Assembly (NCBI GenBank): GCA_002359215.1
Contig: DEMN01000001.1
Location: forward strand, 16,593 to 80,592
From: Flavobacteriales bacterium UBA2669
GTDB lineage: Bacteria > Bacteroidota > Bacteroidia > Flavobacteriales_E > Vicingaceae
Reading direction: 5' to 3'
DNA: 64,000 nucleotides
Shown here: positions 55,644 to 63,995 of the stretch, in pieces
Numbering within the stretch: the first letter of the stretch is position 1
Layout of the letters: each line of letters opens with the position of its first letter
Notes under the pieces: generated by a model
The model's database searches: none
Told to the model about the DNA's origin: nothing
What the model saw: only the letters and a program-made list of their open reading frames with translations
Position numbers and translations under genes: made by a program

Positions 55644-56466
55644 ACACTATGCTTTTAGTGAACATACTACAGCATTTAAAGTGTTAACTGAAGTATTTCG
55701 TGAATTTTCTATTCACTATTTCTTAATTGGAGCACAGGCAAGGGATGTACACTTCTTTCAAAAAGGTATAAAACCAAACAGGGGAACTCGTGATATTGAT
55801 TTTGCAGTAATGATGCAAGATATGACGGGGTACAACGAATTAAAAGAAGCCCTAAACAAAAAAGGATTTGAAAACACCAAAGACCCATTTCGTTTAAACT
55901 GGTCGTTAGGTGAAACCGTTATTGATTTATTACCTTTTGGACAAATTGAAGAAAATTATACAGTCAATTTTGATGAAAGAGAGTTGGAATTATCTGTTTT
56001 AGGTTACAGTGAATTAAATGAGGAATTACAAGAGTTTTATCTGGATGAAGATGAAGCTGTTTCCATTCCGGTTCCTCCCTTACATGGTATCTTTTTACTA
56101 AAACTTTTATCTTGGGATGATACCAAACCTGACCGAAATAAAGATTTAAAAGACTTAAACCAAATACTAAACAATTACTGGGAATTTGTAGAAGATGAAG
56201 CCTATGAAAATCATTTAAATTTATTTGATGATAACTTTACAACTAAAATAGCTGCAGCTCGAATTTTAGGAAGGCACTTAAGATCAACCATTCAAAAGTC
56301 TCCAACTTTACAAACAAACATTATTCGCATATTAGAAGAACAAACTAATCAGGTCGATCCTCCCGGATTGATGCTCCAGAGTTTTGCCTCTGAAAATGAT
56401 ACATCTATTGAAGAAGTCAAAATATTGTTGGATGAAATACTAAAAGGAATTAAAGACAGACAATAA
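55618..56466 (+). CDS. AbiEii/AbiGii-like nucleotidyltransferase toxin
   Basis: Pol-beta-type NTase signature LIGAQARD...GTRDIDFAV. 26-nt overlap with the upstream gene. Confidence 0.65.
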   Translation: MSNSYKNLKHYAFSEHTTAFKVLTEVFREFSIHYFLIGAQARDVHFFQKGIKPNRGTRDIDFAVMMQDMTGYNELKEALNKKGFENTKDPFRLNWSLGETVIDLLPFGQIEENYTVNFDERELELSVLGYSELNEELQEFYLDEDEAVSIPVPPLHGIFLLKLLSWDDTKPDRNKDLKDLNQILNNYWEFVEDEAYENHLNLFDDNFTTKIAAARILGRHLRSTIQKSPTLQTNIIRILEEQTNQVDPPGLMLQSFASENDTSIEEVKILLDEILKGIKDRQ

Positions 56467-56494
56467 ATCAAACTGAATGTGATGTTATAGTAAA

Positions 56495-56528
56495 AGATTT
56501 TCCAACTTGGTGCAAGTGGAATCTTTTT
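56495..56528 (+). terminator. Terminator-like bulged hairpin + T6
   Basis: AGATTTTCCAACTTG-GTG-CAAGTGGAATCT followed by TTTTTT, 29 nt after the stop at 56466. Confidence 0.45.
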
Positions 56529-56691
56529 TAATTAAAGAATCAATCAATAGATTCAATAAATTGCTGTATTTTTTCTTCCTCTGTCATTATAATTTATTCT
56601 GTTCACTCCTTGTTGTAGGCAACGGTCCCGACCAAAAAGCGTTGCTGTCCAAAAGAATAATTATGATTTTTAGTATTGTTAATGGCTTTTA

Positions 56692-59600
56692 TTATTCCAA
56701 ATCTTTTTCATTTCTTTCAGGGAGAATATCATTTGAAACCTTTGAAACAGTAACTTTCCCAGGCATAATGCTTCCCTTATTATGTTTAATCCAACAAGCT
56801 TTAATCAAGTACTCTGTATCTCTTTGTTCTGCTGGATTTAAAAATTTTGTAGCGTAATTACCACGCAAACTAGAGTATAAGTTCCCAAGATAAAATGAAT
56901 TTTTGTCTAGTTCAGACATGTAAATTAATATGGAATCTTTCCAACCTTGTGGTCTAGCGGTACATTCCATTAATGCAAAAATATGTTTCACTGTAAGGTC
57001 TTCTTCCTTCGATCTATGTTCACGAAAAAGCATCCTTAATTTATCTGAAAAAAGATCATCTTTAAACCAAACATTAATATTTAAAGGCATAGCAACTATA
57101 ATACTCTTTAAACATTCATTAAATTCTTTTGGAAAATCATCCGTTAACTTAAATCTTGCACCACCTACACCACCAAAACCATTCTTAGCAAGTATAGGAG
57201 CGATTAAATAAAGAGCTCTCATCAACTCCTTCCATGCCATCGCAATGTTTTTCAATAGTTCTTCTTTATGTTCAGGCTTTATAAATTCACTATTTCTTAG
57301 TGCACGGGAACTGGATTTAATCAGTTCCATAAGATTTTTTATATCATACTCTTCTAAATAATTATTTATTGTTTGTGTGTATGGTTTTATACTATTATAA
57401 TTTTTATCAGCAACTATATCTTTTATTTCATCAGATACTTTGGATTGTTTGATATTTTGTTCAAGCTGATTTTGAGTCATCCCTTTTACTGTTTCATTTA
57501 AAGACCACTTTATTTCCTTAAATGGATTTATATCATCTGATAACCCAATTTTAGAATGCACCTTATTTGAAAGTGTTGAAAGATCGTTTATCAGCATCTT
57601 CACTATATCTTCAGACCTTCCATCCAAACCAGTATAAAATTCGATTATCTCAGGAAAGTAAAGAGAATGTTTATCATTCAGCATATAAGCTTTAAATTCT
57701 TCTGAATCTTTCATTCTGATGGCAGCGAAATAATAAATCCAGTAAGAAAATCTAAATCGAAGCTCACCGTTAAGACCAACTACAATTTGATTGTTTTTTA
57801 AAACCTGTAATAAATCAGATACATTAGATGGGTTATATTCTTTCTCACAAAAAGGTCTTGTAATTTTATAAAACTCATCTTCAGTAAAGGATTCTTTGTT
57901 TTTTCGAAGAAGATACTCACAAAAATAACCTACTATGAATCCACAATTCTCTTCGTCCAAAGTGTCACCATAAAATAAACTACCTGGATTATCAAAAATC
58001 ACTTTTAGCACATATTTAAAAACCTTAGACCGGTTAATTGGTCTATCTTCAAAGTCATTCAGAAATGCAATTAATAATTGAATACAATTAATTGGTGTAC
58101 GGTGAATATTTAGATCAATCAAATCAACATCTAATCTTTCAAGCACTCTATTTTCTTCCGCTATTTCGTATAATGAGTTAAAATCACTTACTAAATTACG
58201 AAGTCCTTTACGATTAAGCTCACGTAAAAAAAGTTGACTAAACCCTTCATGACTTTCTTCCGAATCTAAACCTTCCAAAACAATATTGTCATGATAGTTC
58301 GACAAGATTATTAAAGAGACGCTTGGGAATTTACTTCGAATATTTTTTAAAATCTTTTGAGCATCTTTCGTATTATTTTTCCAATGATCTAGTAAGAAGC
58401 ATTTTATATCTTCATTTTGAATTTGCAAGTCTTGTATTACATCCTCAAGATCAGAATGATATTTACCAAAAGTCCAGTTGTGAGTATCTAAATAAACCCA
58501 ACAGTCTTTTTTTATTTCCCATGCTTTCATTGCCAAATAATGAGCATAGCATGTTAAACCAAAATGTGGTGCTGCAATTAAATGATAGTTCTGAGGATTG
58601 TTTATAATATTTATATAATCTAAACTTTTAGATTCTTTTTTAGATGAGTTATTTGGAGAATCAGTTGTACAAATACGTTCAACCCATTTTGGTAACTTAG
58701 AATACGATTTCATTGCTTTTTGAAAATTCGATTTAAGTTTTAATGAGATAAAATCATCTAGGGTTATTTCTGAACGTCTGAAATTGTAGATCCCATTTTC
58801 AGTTCCAGAAAAATTTTGACCTCTCATGAATTTTCTTTGTCGAGGCACCCATTCTCTGTATTCAACTGAATCTATTTTTTCATTTTGAAATTTAATTAAA
58901 GCATATCCGTTAAGATCTGGCTTGTCTGAAAACAATTGTGGAGATCCCAATTTTATTATCCCTTGATTATCTGAAATAAAAGAATGATTAATATCTTGAT
59001 CATGGATGTGACCAGATATAAGTATATCAATGCCATTTTTTAGCATGCCTTTTAATTCTTTCCTAGCAAAATCGGTAAGAAACTCTACGGGATGATGCAT
59101 TACTAACATCTTGGTACGACCCTTATTATCACGTATCCATTCATTTAATCCAGCAGTTTCTATTTTTAATACACCTTTATCGTTAATACCATTGAAACCT
59201 CCAGAACAAAGCAACGAGCAATTAAGAAAGTAAATGGAAATTTCAGGAATTAATAATTCTGAATAACCAGTCAAATTAAAGTTTGAAACGTGCAATTTTT
59301 CTTTGCAAAACTTTTCATAATACTTAAATTTATTTTGAGTTAGGTTGCCGTCTTTCTTTACAAAATCATTGAATTCAGTTTCATTAAATTTTTGAGAAAT
59401 GAGATTATTATGGTCTTCAATATTTTGTTCAACGATATTTCTATTTAAATCATGATTTCCCGGTGAACAGAATATATTCTGAAGAGGGATAAGTTTTGTC
59501 AACTTCAAAATAAAGTTTTGGTAGAACTCATTAAATATCTTTTCTGAATTGCCCCTATTAACTAAATCACCAGAAATAATACAATACGTATTTGTGGCAT

Positions 59601-59721
59601 TAGCTGAATCAAATTTAGCTTCAAGGTCATCAAAAAATGAGTTTATTACTAGCCCTTGGTTTTCAGGTTCATTATTTTCATAATGAATGTCGGATATATG
59701 AATTATTGTTATTTCACTCAT
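56692..59721 (-). CDS. 1009-aa calcineurin-like metallophosphoesterase fused to a STAND-like module with a degenerate Walker A and a helical C-terminal region
   Basis: MPE motifs ISDIHY, SGDLVNRGN, PGNHD, VMHHP and SGHIHD (aa ~4-280). LIAAPHFGLTCY (aa 381-392) then CFLLDHW (aa 441-447), spaced like Walker A and B. ELRFRFSYWIYYFAA (aa ~653-667) resembles the STAND winged-helix signature. Confidence 0.8.
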   Translation of the reverse strand: MSEITIIHISDIHYENNEPENQGLVINSFFDDLEAKFDSANATNTYCIISGDLVNRGNSEKIFNEFYQNFILKLTKLIPLQNIFCSPGNHDLNRNIVEQNIEDHNNLISQKFNETEFNDFVKKDGNLTQNKFKYYEKFCKEKLHVSNFNLTGYSELLIPEISIYFLNCSLLCSGGFNGINDKGVLKIETAGLNEWIRDNKGRTKMLVMHHPVEFLTDFARKELKGMLKNGIDILISGHIHDQDINHSFISDNQGIIKLGSPQLFSDKPDLNGYALIKFQNEKIDSVEYREWVPRQRKFMRGQNFSGTENGIYNFRRSEITLDDFISLKLKSNFQKAMKSYSKLPKWVERICTTDSPNNSSKKESKSLDYINIINNPQNYHLIAAPHFGLTCYAHYLAMKAWEIKKDCWVYLDTHNWTFGKYHSDLEDVIQDLQIQNEDIKCFLLDHWKNNTKDAQKILKNIRSKFPSVSLIILSNYHDNIVLEGLDSEESHEGFSQLFLRELNRKGLRNLVSDFNSLYEIAEENRVLERLDVDLIDLNIHRTPINCIQLLIAFLNDFEDRPINRSKVFKYVLKVIFDNPGSLFYGDTLDEENCGFIVGYFCEYLLRKNKESFTEDEFYKITRPFCEKEYNPSNVSDLLQVLKNNQIVVGLNGELRFRFSYWIYYFAAIRMKDSEEFKAYMLNDKHSLYFPEIIEFYTGLDGRSEDIVKMLINDLSTLSNKVHSKIGLSDDINPFKEIKWSLNETVKGMTQNQLEQNIKQSKVSDEIKDIVADKNYNSIKPYTQTINNYLEEYDIKNLMELIKSSSRALRNSEFIKPEHKEELLKNIAMAWKELMRALYLIAPILAKNGFGGVGGARFKLTDDFPKEFNECLKSIIVAMPLNINVWFKDDLFSDKLRMLFREHRSKEEDLTVKHIFALMECTARPQGWKDSILIYMSELDKNSFYLGNLYSSLRGNYATKFLNPAEQRDTEYLIKACWIKHNKGSIMPGKVTVSKVSNDILPERNEKDLE

Positions 59722-59950
59722 TTATAAAGTTTATTGGTCTTGATTGTTCTATTTAATTACCCCTAACATGCATATAACAACAATGCTATTATCCACATTA
59801 CATGCTTAATGCAAATGTAGTAATTTAATAAGTTCTTTATATATTTAATATTTGTAAAAAAACTCTTTTACAAAATTGTCAGATAGTCAGTTAAAACAAC
59901 CTATTTCAACTACTAGTTCATTCATTCAATACCTAGTGTACGCTTTTTAA

Positions 59951-60454
59951 CTAGGATACCACAGTAAAATTCAATTGTTTCCCTAAATTTAATTGATTCG
60001 TAAACCATGCACTGGCAAACCATGAGCCATCACCCTCACCAGTAGGCGTTTCAAAATTAATACGCTTGTTAAAAAGAATCATCTCTAGTCCACACTGATG
60101 AAAAAAGCGTTGTCGTTTTTCAGACTCTAAGGTAGTAAGCGGCAGTAAAAAAGCAAAAGGTTTACCCAGACAATAAGCCCTCTCTAAAAACTCCTGTTTC
60201 AGCGAAAAAGGAGGATTAGTAATGATACAATCATACTGTTTAGGCTCAAAACTTAGAAAATCTTCCCCCGAATGAATATCCGTAGCAATAACCTTATACC
60301 CTTGTTTTCTAAGAGTTTTCACCAAATTACCCTCACCCGCAGCACACTCCCATATTACCCAGTTTTTCTTAAGATGTGGTAGTAATGGAGTTAGTGCTAG
60401 CGGTGGGGTTTGGTAATCATCCCGACTTCCTTGCCTTTGAGCTTTAATCATCAC
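59951..60454 (-). CDS. Small N6-adenine DNA methyltransferase (NPPF type)
   Basis: Motif I WECAAGEGNLV and motif IV IITNPPFS. 167 aa, with no adjacent restriction gene. Confidence 0.75.
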   Translation of the reverse strand: MMIKAQRQGSRDDYQTPPLALTPLLPHLKKNWVIWECAAGEGNLVKTLRKQGYKVIATDIHSGEDFLSFEPKQYDCIITNPPFSLKQEFLERAYCLGKPFAFLLPLTTLESEKRQRFFHQCGLEMILFNKRINFETPTGEGDGSWFASAWFTNQLNLGKQLNFTVVS

Positions 60455-60464
60455 CTAAGCCAAT

Positions 60465-60740
60465 TTAGTAGTAATGAATTTGCCTGATAATTTTCTGTAT
60501 GCGGTCTTTTTTATCAATTCCTAACCATATTAAAGCTATCTGATGCCCGGCTCTAAAACTTTTAGGACTTTCTTCCAGCAACGCCCCACGAGAATAGTCA
60601 ATACTACCATTCTCATAAACAGGATAAAAATACAGTCGTCCTTTATATACCCTATAAGCTGTATGATGATGTTGAACAACATAAGTTTTAAAAGGAAGCT
60701 TATAGGCTTTTTTCCCGGGAGTTTGTCGTGTTGATTTCAT
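60465..60740 (-). CDS. Hypothetical protein (91 aa)
   Basis: Clean basic ORF. Confidence 0.5.
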   Translation of the reverse strand: MKSTRQTPGKKAYKLPFKTYVVQHHHTAYRVYKGRLYFYPVYENGSIDYSRGALLEESPKSFRAGHQIALIWLGIDKKDRIQKIIRQIHYY

Positions 60741-60745
60741 AGTAT

Positions 60746-60955
60746 TTAAGGCTTACTTTTTCTATTGGTTTTGGCAATATTGCCTTGTTTATCCAAAAAA
60801 TAAAGGCATCCTTTCTCTTTAATTATCCCCGTTCTTGCCACTACCTTTTGATGCTTAGTCGTTGGTTTCAGCTCCGTTAAATCCCCCTCCCTGTTAATGA
60901 AGTACAACATGCCTTTTTTTCGTTTAAAATTAAGTTGCTTTACTATTGTTGCCAT
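60746..60955 (-). CDS. Hypothetical 69-aa protein with an internal duplication
   Basis: KKGMLYFINREGDLTEL and EKGCLYFLDKQGNIAKT. Confidence 0.5.
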   Translation of the reverse strand: MATIVKQLNFKRKKGMLYFINREGDLTELKPTTKHQKVVARTGIIKEKGCLYFLDKQGNIAKTNRKSKP

Positions 60956-60974
60956 AGGAGGGGGGAGTTAAGTA

Positions 60975-61910
60975 TTAAAAAGCTGAATTTATTTTTTGTT
61001 CATGGTGTCTTAAGTATTTAGCAATAAGATGCACGACCACTTCACTTCTGTTATTGAATTTAGGCGTATCATCCATGTTCATTTCCTGAAGCAGCATCTT
61101 TACTTTTTTGCTCTCATGCGTGTCGATGTATTTTTTGGCAGCCCGGATAAAAGCCTGCCGACTTACTCCACGAATACGCAACCTTCTCATATCTACATAT
61201 ACACAGAAGCTCTTACGCCTTTTAAACTCCTGCTTACCAATCATCCCTTCGGCATAAGCTGCATTAGCTAAATCATACTGTTCATCTATAATGAAAGTTG
61301 CTATGCGAACCAAGAAATAATTAGGAATACGTTCCCTATACCTGCTAATATCATCCACCTGATGATGTAAGCGTAACCAAGTACAATTCTCCCATTCAGT
61401 AGTGGTAATCTTGGCAATGGATTGATGACTAATCATAATGTCTAGTCCATTGTGCCGGTTGGTAGTTAATAATCCAACGATGCTTTGTCCTTTTGCTCCT
61501 ACCATGTACTTATCCAAGTCCTCAAGTACCAATAACCCATTCTTAAAACGGTTTACCATTTGTTCCACCACATCTCTCTTTTCTTCAATGGTCATGTTCC
61601 TGCCACTCTTAGTAATGGGTCGTATTCTTCTTGCGTTAATAGCAGTAAGGTTTTGAATTAAATTCACCTTGACCGTTTTAAACTGTGGGTAATCATCATC
61701 GTTAACATCAAATGCCAGTACTTTACGTCCTTTTCGTTTATTTTCAATATTATCTTTCATGTATCGGAAGATTTCTATTAAGTTACGGTAAGTTTTTCCC
61801 ACACCCGTTTCCCCACAGGTGAGCACTAACATAGGTTGCCTTTCCAATTCTTCTTTAGAATAGCTGATTTTCTTTCTTCCCCGATGGTTTGTTGCTACTG
61901 TTGCTGACAT
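60975..61910 (-). CDS. Zot / filamentous-phage pI-like P-loop ATPase (no TM segment)
   Basis: Walker A CGETGVGKT, Walker B LLVLEDLDKY, and NRHNGLDIMISHQS, which matches the Zot-family HRH.G.D....TQ pattern. Confidence 0.65.
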   Translation of the reverse strand: MSATVATNHRGRKKISYSKEELERQPMLVLTCGETGVGKTYRNLIEIFRYMKDNIENKRKGRKVLAFDVNDDDYPQFKTVKVNLIQNLTAINARRIRPITKSGRNMTIEEKRDVVEQMVNRFKNGLLVLEDLDKYMVGAKGQSIVGLLTTNRHNGLDIMISHQSIAKITTTEWENCTWLRLHHQVDDISRYRERIPNYFLVRIATFIIDEQYDLANAAYAEGMIGKQEFKRRKSFCVYVDMRRLRIRGVSRQAFIRAAKKYIDTHESKKVKMLLQEMNMDDTPKFNNRSEVVVHLIAKYLRHHEQKINSAF

Positions 61911-62029
61911 GAATAATGGCTGCCCGTTAAGGGAGTATTATTGCCACCCGGTGGAATTCACCTCGTTGGTTCATTTGTAAATCTTCGCTGTGTACGATAG
62001 GGGTGTAAGTGGTACTATTCTTGCTCTTC

Positions 62030-63052
62030 CTAGTTATCTCCGTCATCATCAGCCACCTCCAGTAAAGTGCTGCTCAATCCATCAGGAGCTCTTGCTATGC
62101 TTTCTTCAGTAATAAGGTTTTCCGTTTTTAAATGCTCTTGCTCAAGGTACTGCTTATTTTCTCCCTTTTCATGGAAATGAACTTCTTGTTTTTCCTGAGT
62201 TTGCTGCTTTTCCTGTTCTGTTACAATTGGCTGGTGTTCTTCCTGTTCTTCCTGTTCTTCTTCCTCTTCATTCTCTAAAGGTGCTTCTTCCACATCCTGA
62301 TCAGAATAGCCTTTTTCTTCTCTGATGACATCCAGTATTCGCTCTACAAGTATTTCATTCTCTGCTTTAATTTCCATTACCATCTGTGCTTTTTTCATCA
62401 AAATAGATAAGATGGCTGCTGATAATTGTTGCTCCGGAGTAAGCTGTTTTGCTTTTTGCTTTAGCATGGCTATTAATAGTGGACGAAGCAATATTTTATC
62501 GTCTTCATCAAGTTTTAAACGCCTTACATTTTTCTCATTGTTTTCATCAATAAGTTGGATAACTTCATCAAAGTCATAAAATTCTTTGTGCTTTTTAATT
62601 TTGATGAAAAACCCACCACCAACGGTAATTACATTATCCGCTATTCCAAATATTGCTTCTGTAGCTCTTTTAGCATGAGAATGAGGAATTTCAAATTCTT
62701 CAGCACCAGGTATTTCATCTTCTGCCTGCTCATCATATTCTCCGGAGCCTATCTCCTGTTCCGGAACATCATCTTTGGTATTGTTCTTAAAATAAAAATC
62801 CTCTTCTTTGGGTTGTTGAGTTGACTGACTTTCTTCAGGTTCTTCCTTTTCAAGGCTTTCCGTTAATACATCATGCCCTTTTAGATTTTCTTGTTTTTCC
62901 GATGCTGTAGCGGATGAATGATGTCCTATTTCATTTTCTGCTACCGGTTGATTTAAAGGGCTGCTTTCAGCATCCAATGCATCTTCAAAGGCTACATTTT
63001 CAGTGGCTTGATTCAATACTTCTTTTACTTCTTCTTCTACTGTTTTTCCCAT
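62030..63052 (-). CDS. Highly acidic 340-aa protein
   Basis: E/D/Q-rich N- and C-terminal thirds flank a central helical core. No motif recognised. Confidence 0.6.
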   Translation of the reverse strand: MGKTVEEEVKEVLNQATENVAFEDALDAESSPLNQPVAENEIGHHSSATASEKQENLKGHDVLTESLEKEEPEESQSTQQPKEEDFYFKNNTKDDVPEQEIGSGEYDEQAEDEIPGAEEFEIPHSHAKRATEAIFGIADNVITVGGGFFIKIKKHKEFYDFDEVIQLIDENNEKNVRRLKLDEDDKILLRPLLIAMLKQKAKQLTPEQQLSAAILSILMKKAQMVMEIKAENEILVERILDVIREEKGYSDQDVEEAPLENEEEEEQEEQEEHQPIVTEQEKQQTQEKQEVHFHEKGENKQYLEQEHLKTENLITEESIARAPDGLSSTLLEVADDDGDN

Positions 63053-63102
63053 GTTGCTTGTTGTTAGTGCTAACTTCTTCTATTTTCTTTGTTCTATCTT
63101 CT

Positions 63103-63144
63103 AACTTCGGTCTTCTGACTTCGGTCTTCTGACTTCGGTCTTCT
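63103..63144. repeat. Tandem 14-mer x3, (A/G)ACTTCGGTCTTCT; iteron-like
   Basis: Units at 63103-63116, 63117-63130 and 63131-63144, read directly. The last unit overlaps the stop of 63143..63604. Confidence 0.9.
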
Positions 63145-63604
63145 ACAATTTCCCTATAAATTCAATGGTGTATTTATCCAGTTGTTGGTATTTCTCTGCA
63201 AATTCCTTATCGAAAAAAGGAGCTTCAACCAGTTCTTTACACTTTTGGCAGTAATACAGGATGCCTCGTTTGTTTTTTCCGAAGAGTTCCCCTATCTTGG
63301 CATAACTGCACTTGGTATAAGTATAGAGGATATGATAACATGCCATTCGAGCTTCTCGATACTCTCGTATATCAGAGGTATAAAATTTACTTTCTTCTAA
63401 ACTGAATAAGCGTATAGCTTGAGAAGAAACATAAGTTGCTATGAGTTTGACTTTTCCCATTTCGCTAGCGGTAATGGAGGAATTGTTATTAAAACTTTCC
63501 AATAACTCGGTGGTTTTCTCAATACCAATGTTATTAATTACCCCTTCTAATGCCTGTTGTAAGCGTTCGAGAGCCATTATTGGTATATGTTTATTTTCCT
63601 CCAT
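63143..63604 (-). CDS. DnaA domain IV-like HTH protein
   Basis: IREYREARMACYHILYTYTKCSYAKIGELFGKNKRGILYYCQKCKEL parallels the Bac_DnaA_C pattern R..aRqiAMYL...T..S...IG..FG.rdH.TV. Confidence 0.5.
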   Translation of the reverse strand: MEENKHIPIMALERLQQALEGVINNIGIEKTTELLESFNNNSSITASEMGKVKLIATYVSSQAIRLFSLEESKFYTSDIREYREARMACYHILYTYTKCSYAKIGELFGKNKRGILYYCQKCKELVEAPFFDKEFAEKYQQLDKYTIEFIGKL

Positions 63605-63617
63605 GATTTTCTTTAAC

Positions 63618-63995
63618 TTATGATTTAAACCCTATCTCCTTTAAATAACTTTCCTTATTATCAGAGGAGCTGATTTTTTCAGCAAGGTTTTTCTCCAGCT
63701 TGCTTCTGTATTCTTTAGAAGCCAACACCCAAGAGAGTGTCTTATCTAAATCAAGGGATAAAATATAGGCGGCATCACCGGCTAACCTCTCGGCACTCAT
63801 TTTCTTTAAATGAGCGATAATTGCTTCCTTTTCGGAATTATTATTGCTAGTAACCTCAAGGTAATAGGTATAACTGAACAATGCTTTTGACAAGGTGTAT
63901 TTCCCAACGATATGCTCCTTTTTATCCAGTTTTCCTTTAAATCCTAGCTCTCTTAATGTAGTACGCCCTATACGTTTTTGCTTTTTCTGAAACAA
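63618..63995 (-). CDS. Hypothetical protein (125 aa)
   Basis: ORF only. It lies close to the window edge, so the upstream context is unknown. Confidence 0.45.
   Translation of the reverse strand: MFQKKQKRIGRTTLRELGFKGKLDKKEHIVGKYTLSKALFSYTYYLEVTSNNNSEKEAIIAHLKKMSAERLAGDAAYILSLDLDKTLSWVLASKEYRSKLEKNLAEKISSSDNKESYLKEIGFKS

Noticed and set aside
56507-58607. Plus-strand ORFs 56507..56857, 56930..57211 and 58323..58607, opposite the MPE-STAND gene
   Set aside because: They are shadow ORFs of a 3-kb gene that has five MPE motifs.
60543-63623. Plus-strand ORFs 60543..60734, 61029..61271, 61438..61656, 62325..62579, 62555..62824, 62914..63132, 63182..63400 and 63441..63623
   Set aside because: They are antisense to motif-bearing minus-strand genes (Walker motifs, the acidic protein, the DnaA-IV-like HTH) and have low-complexity translations.
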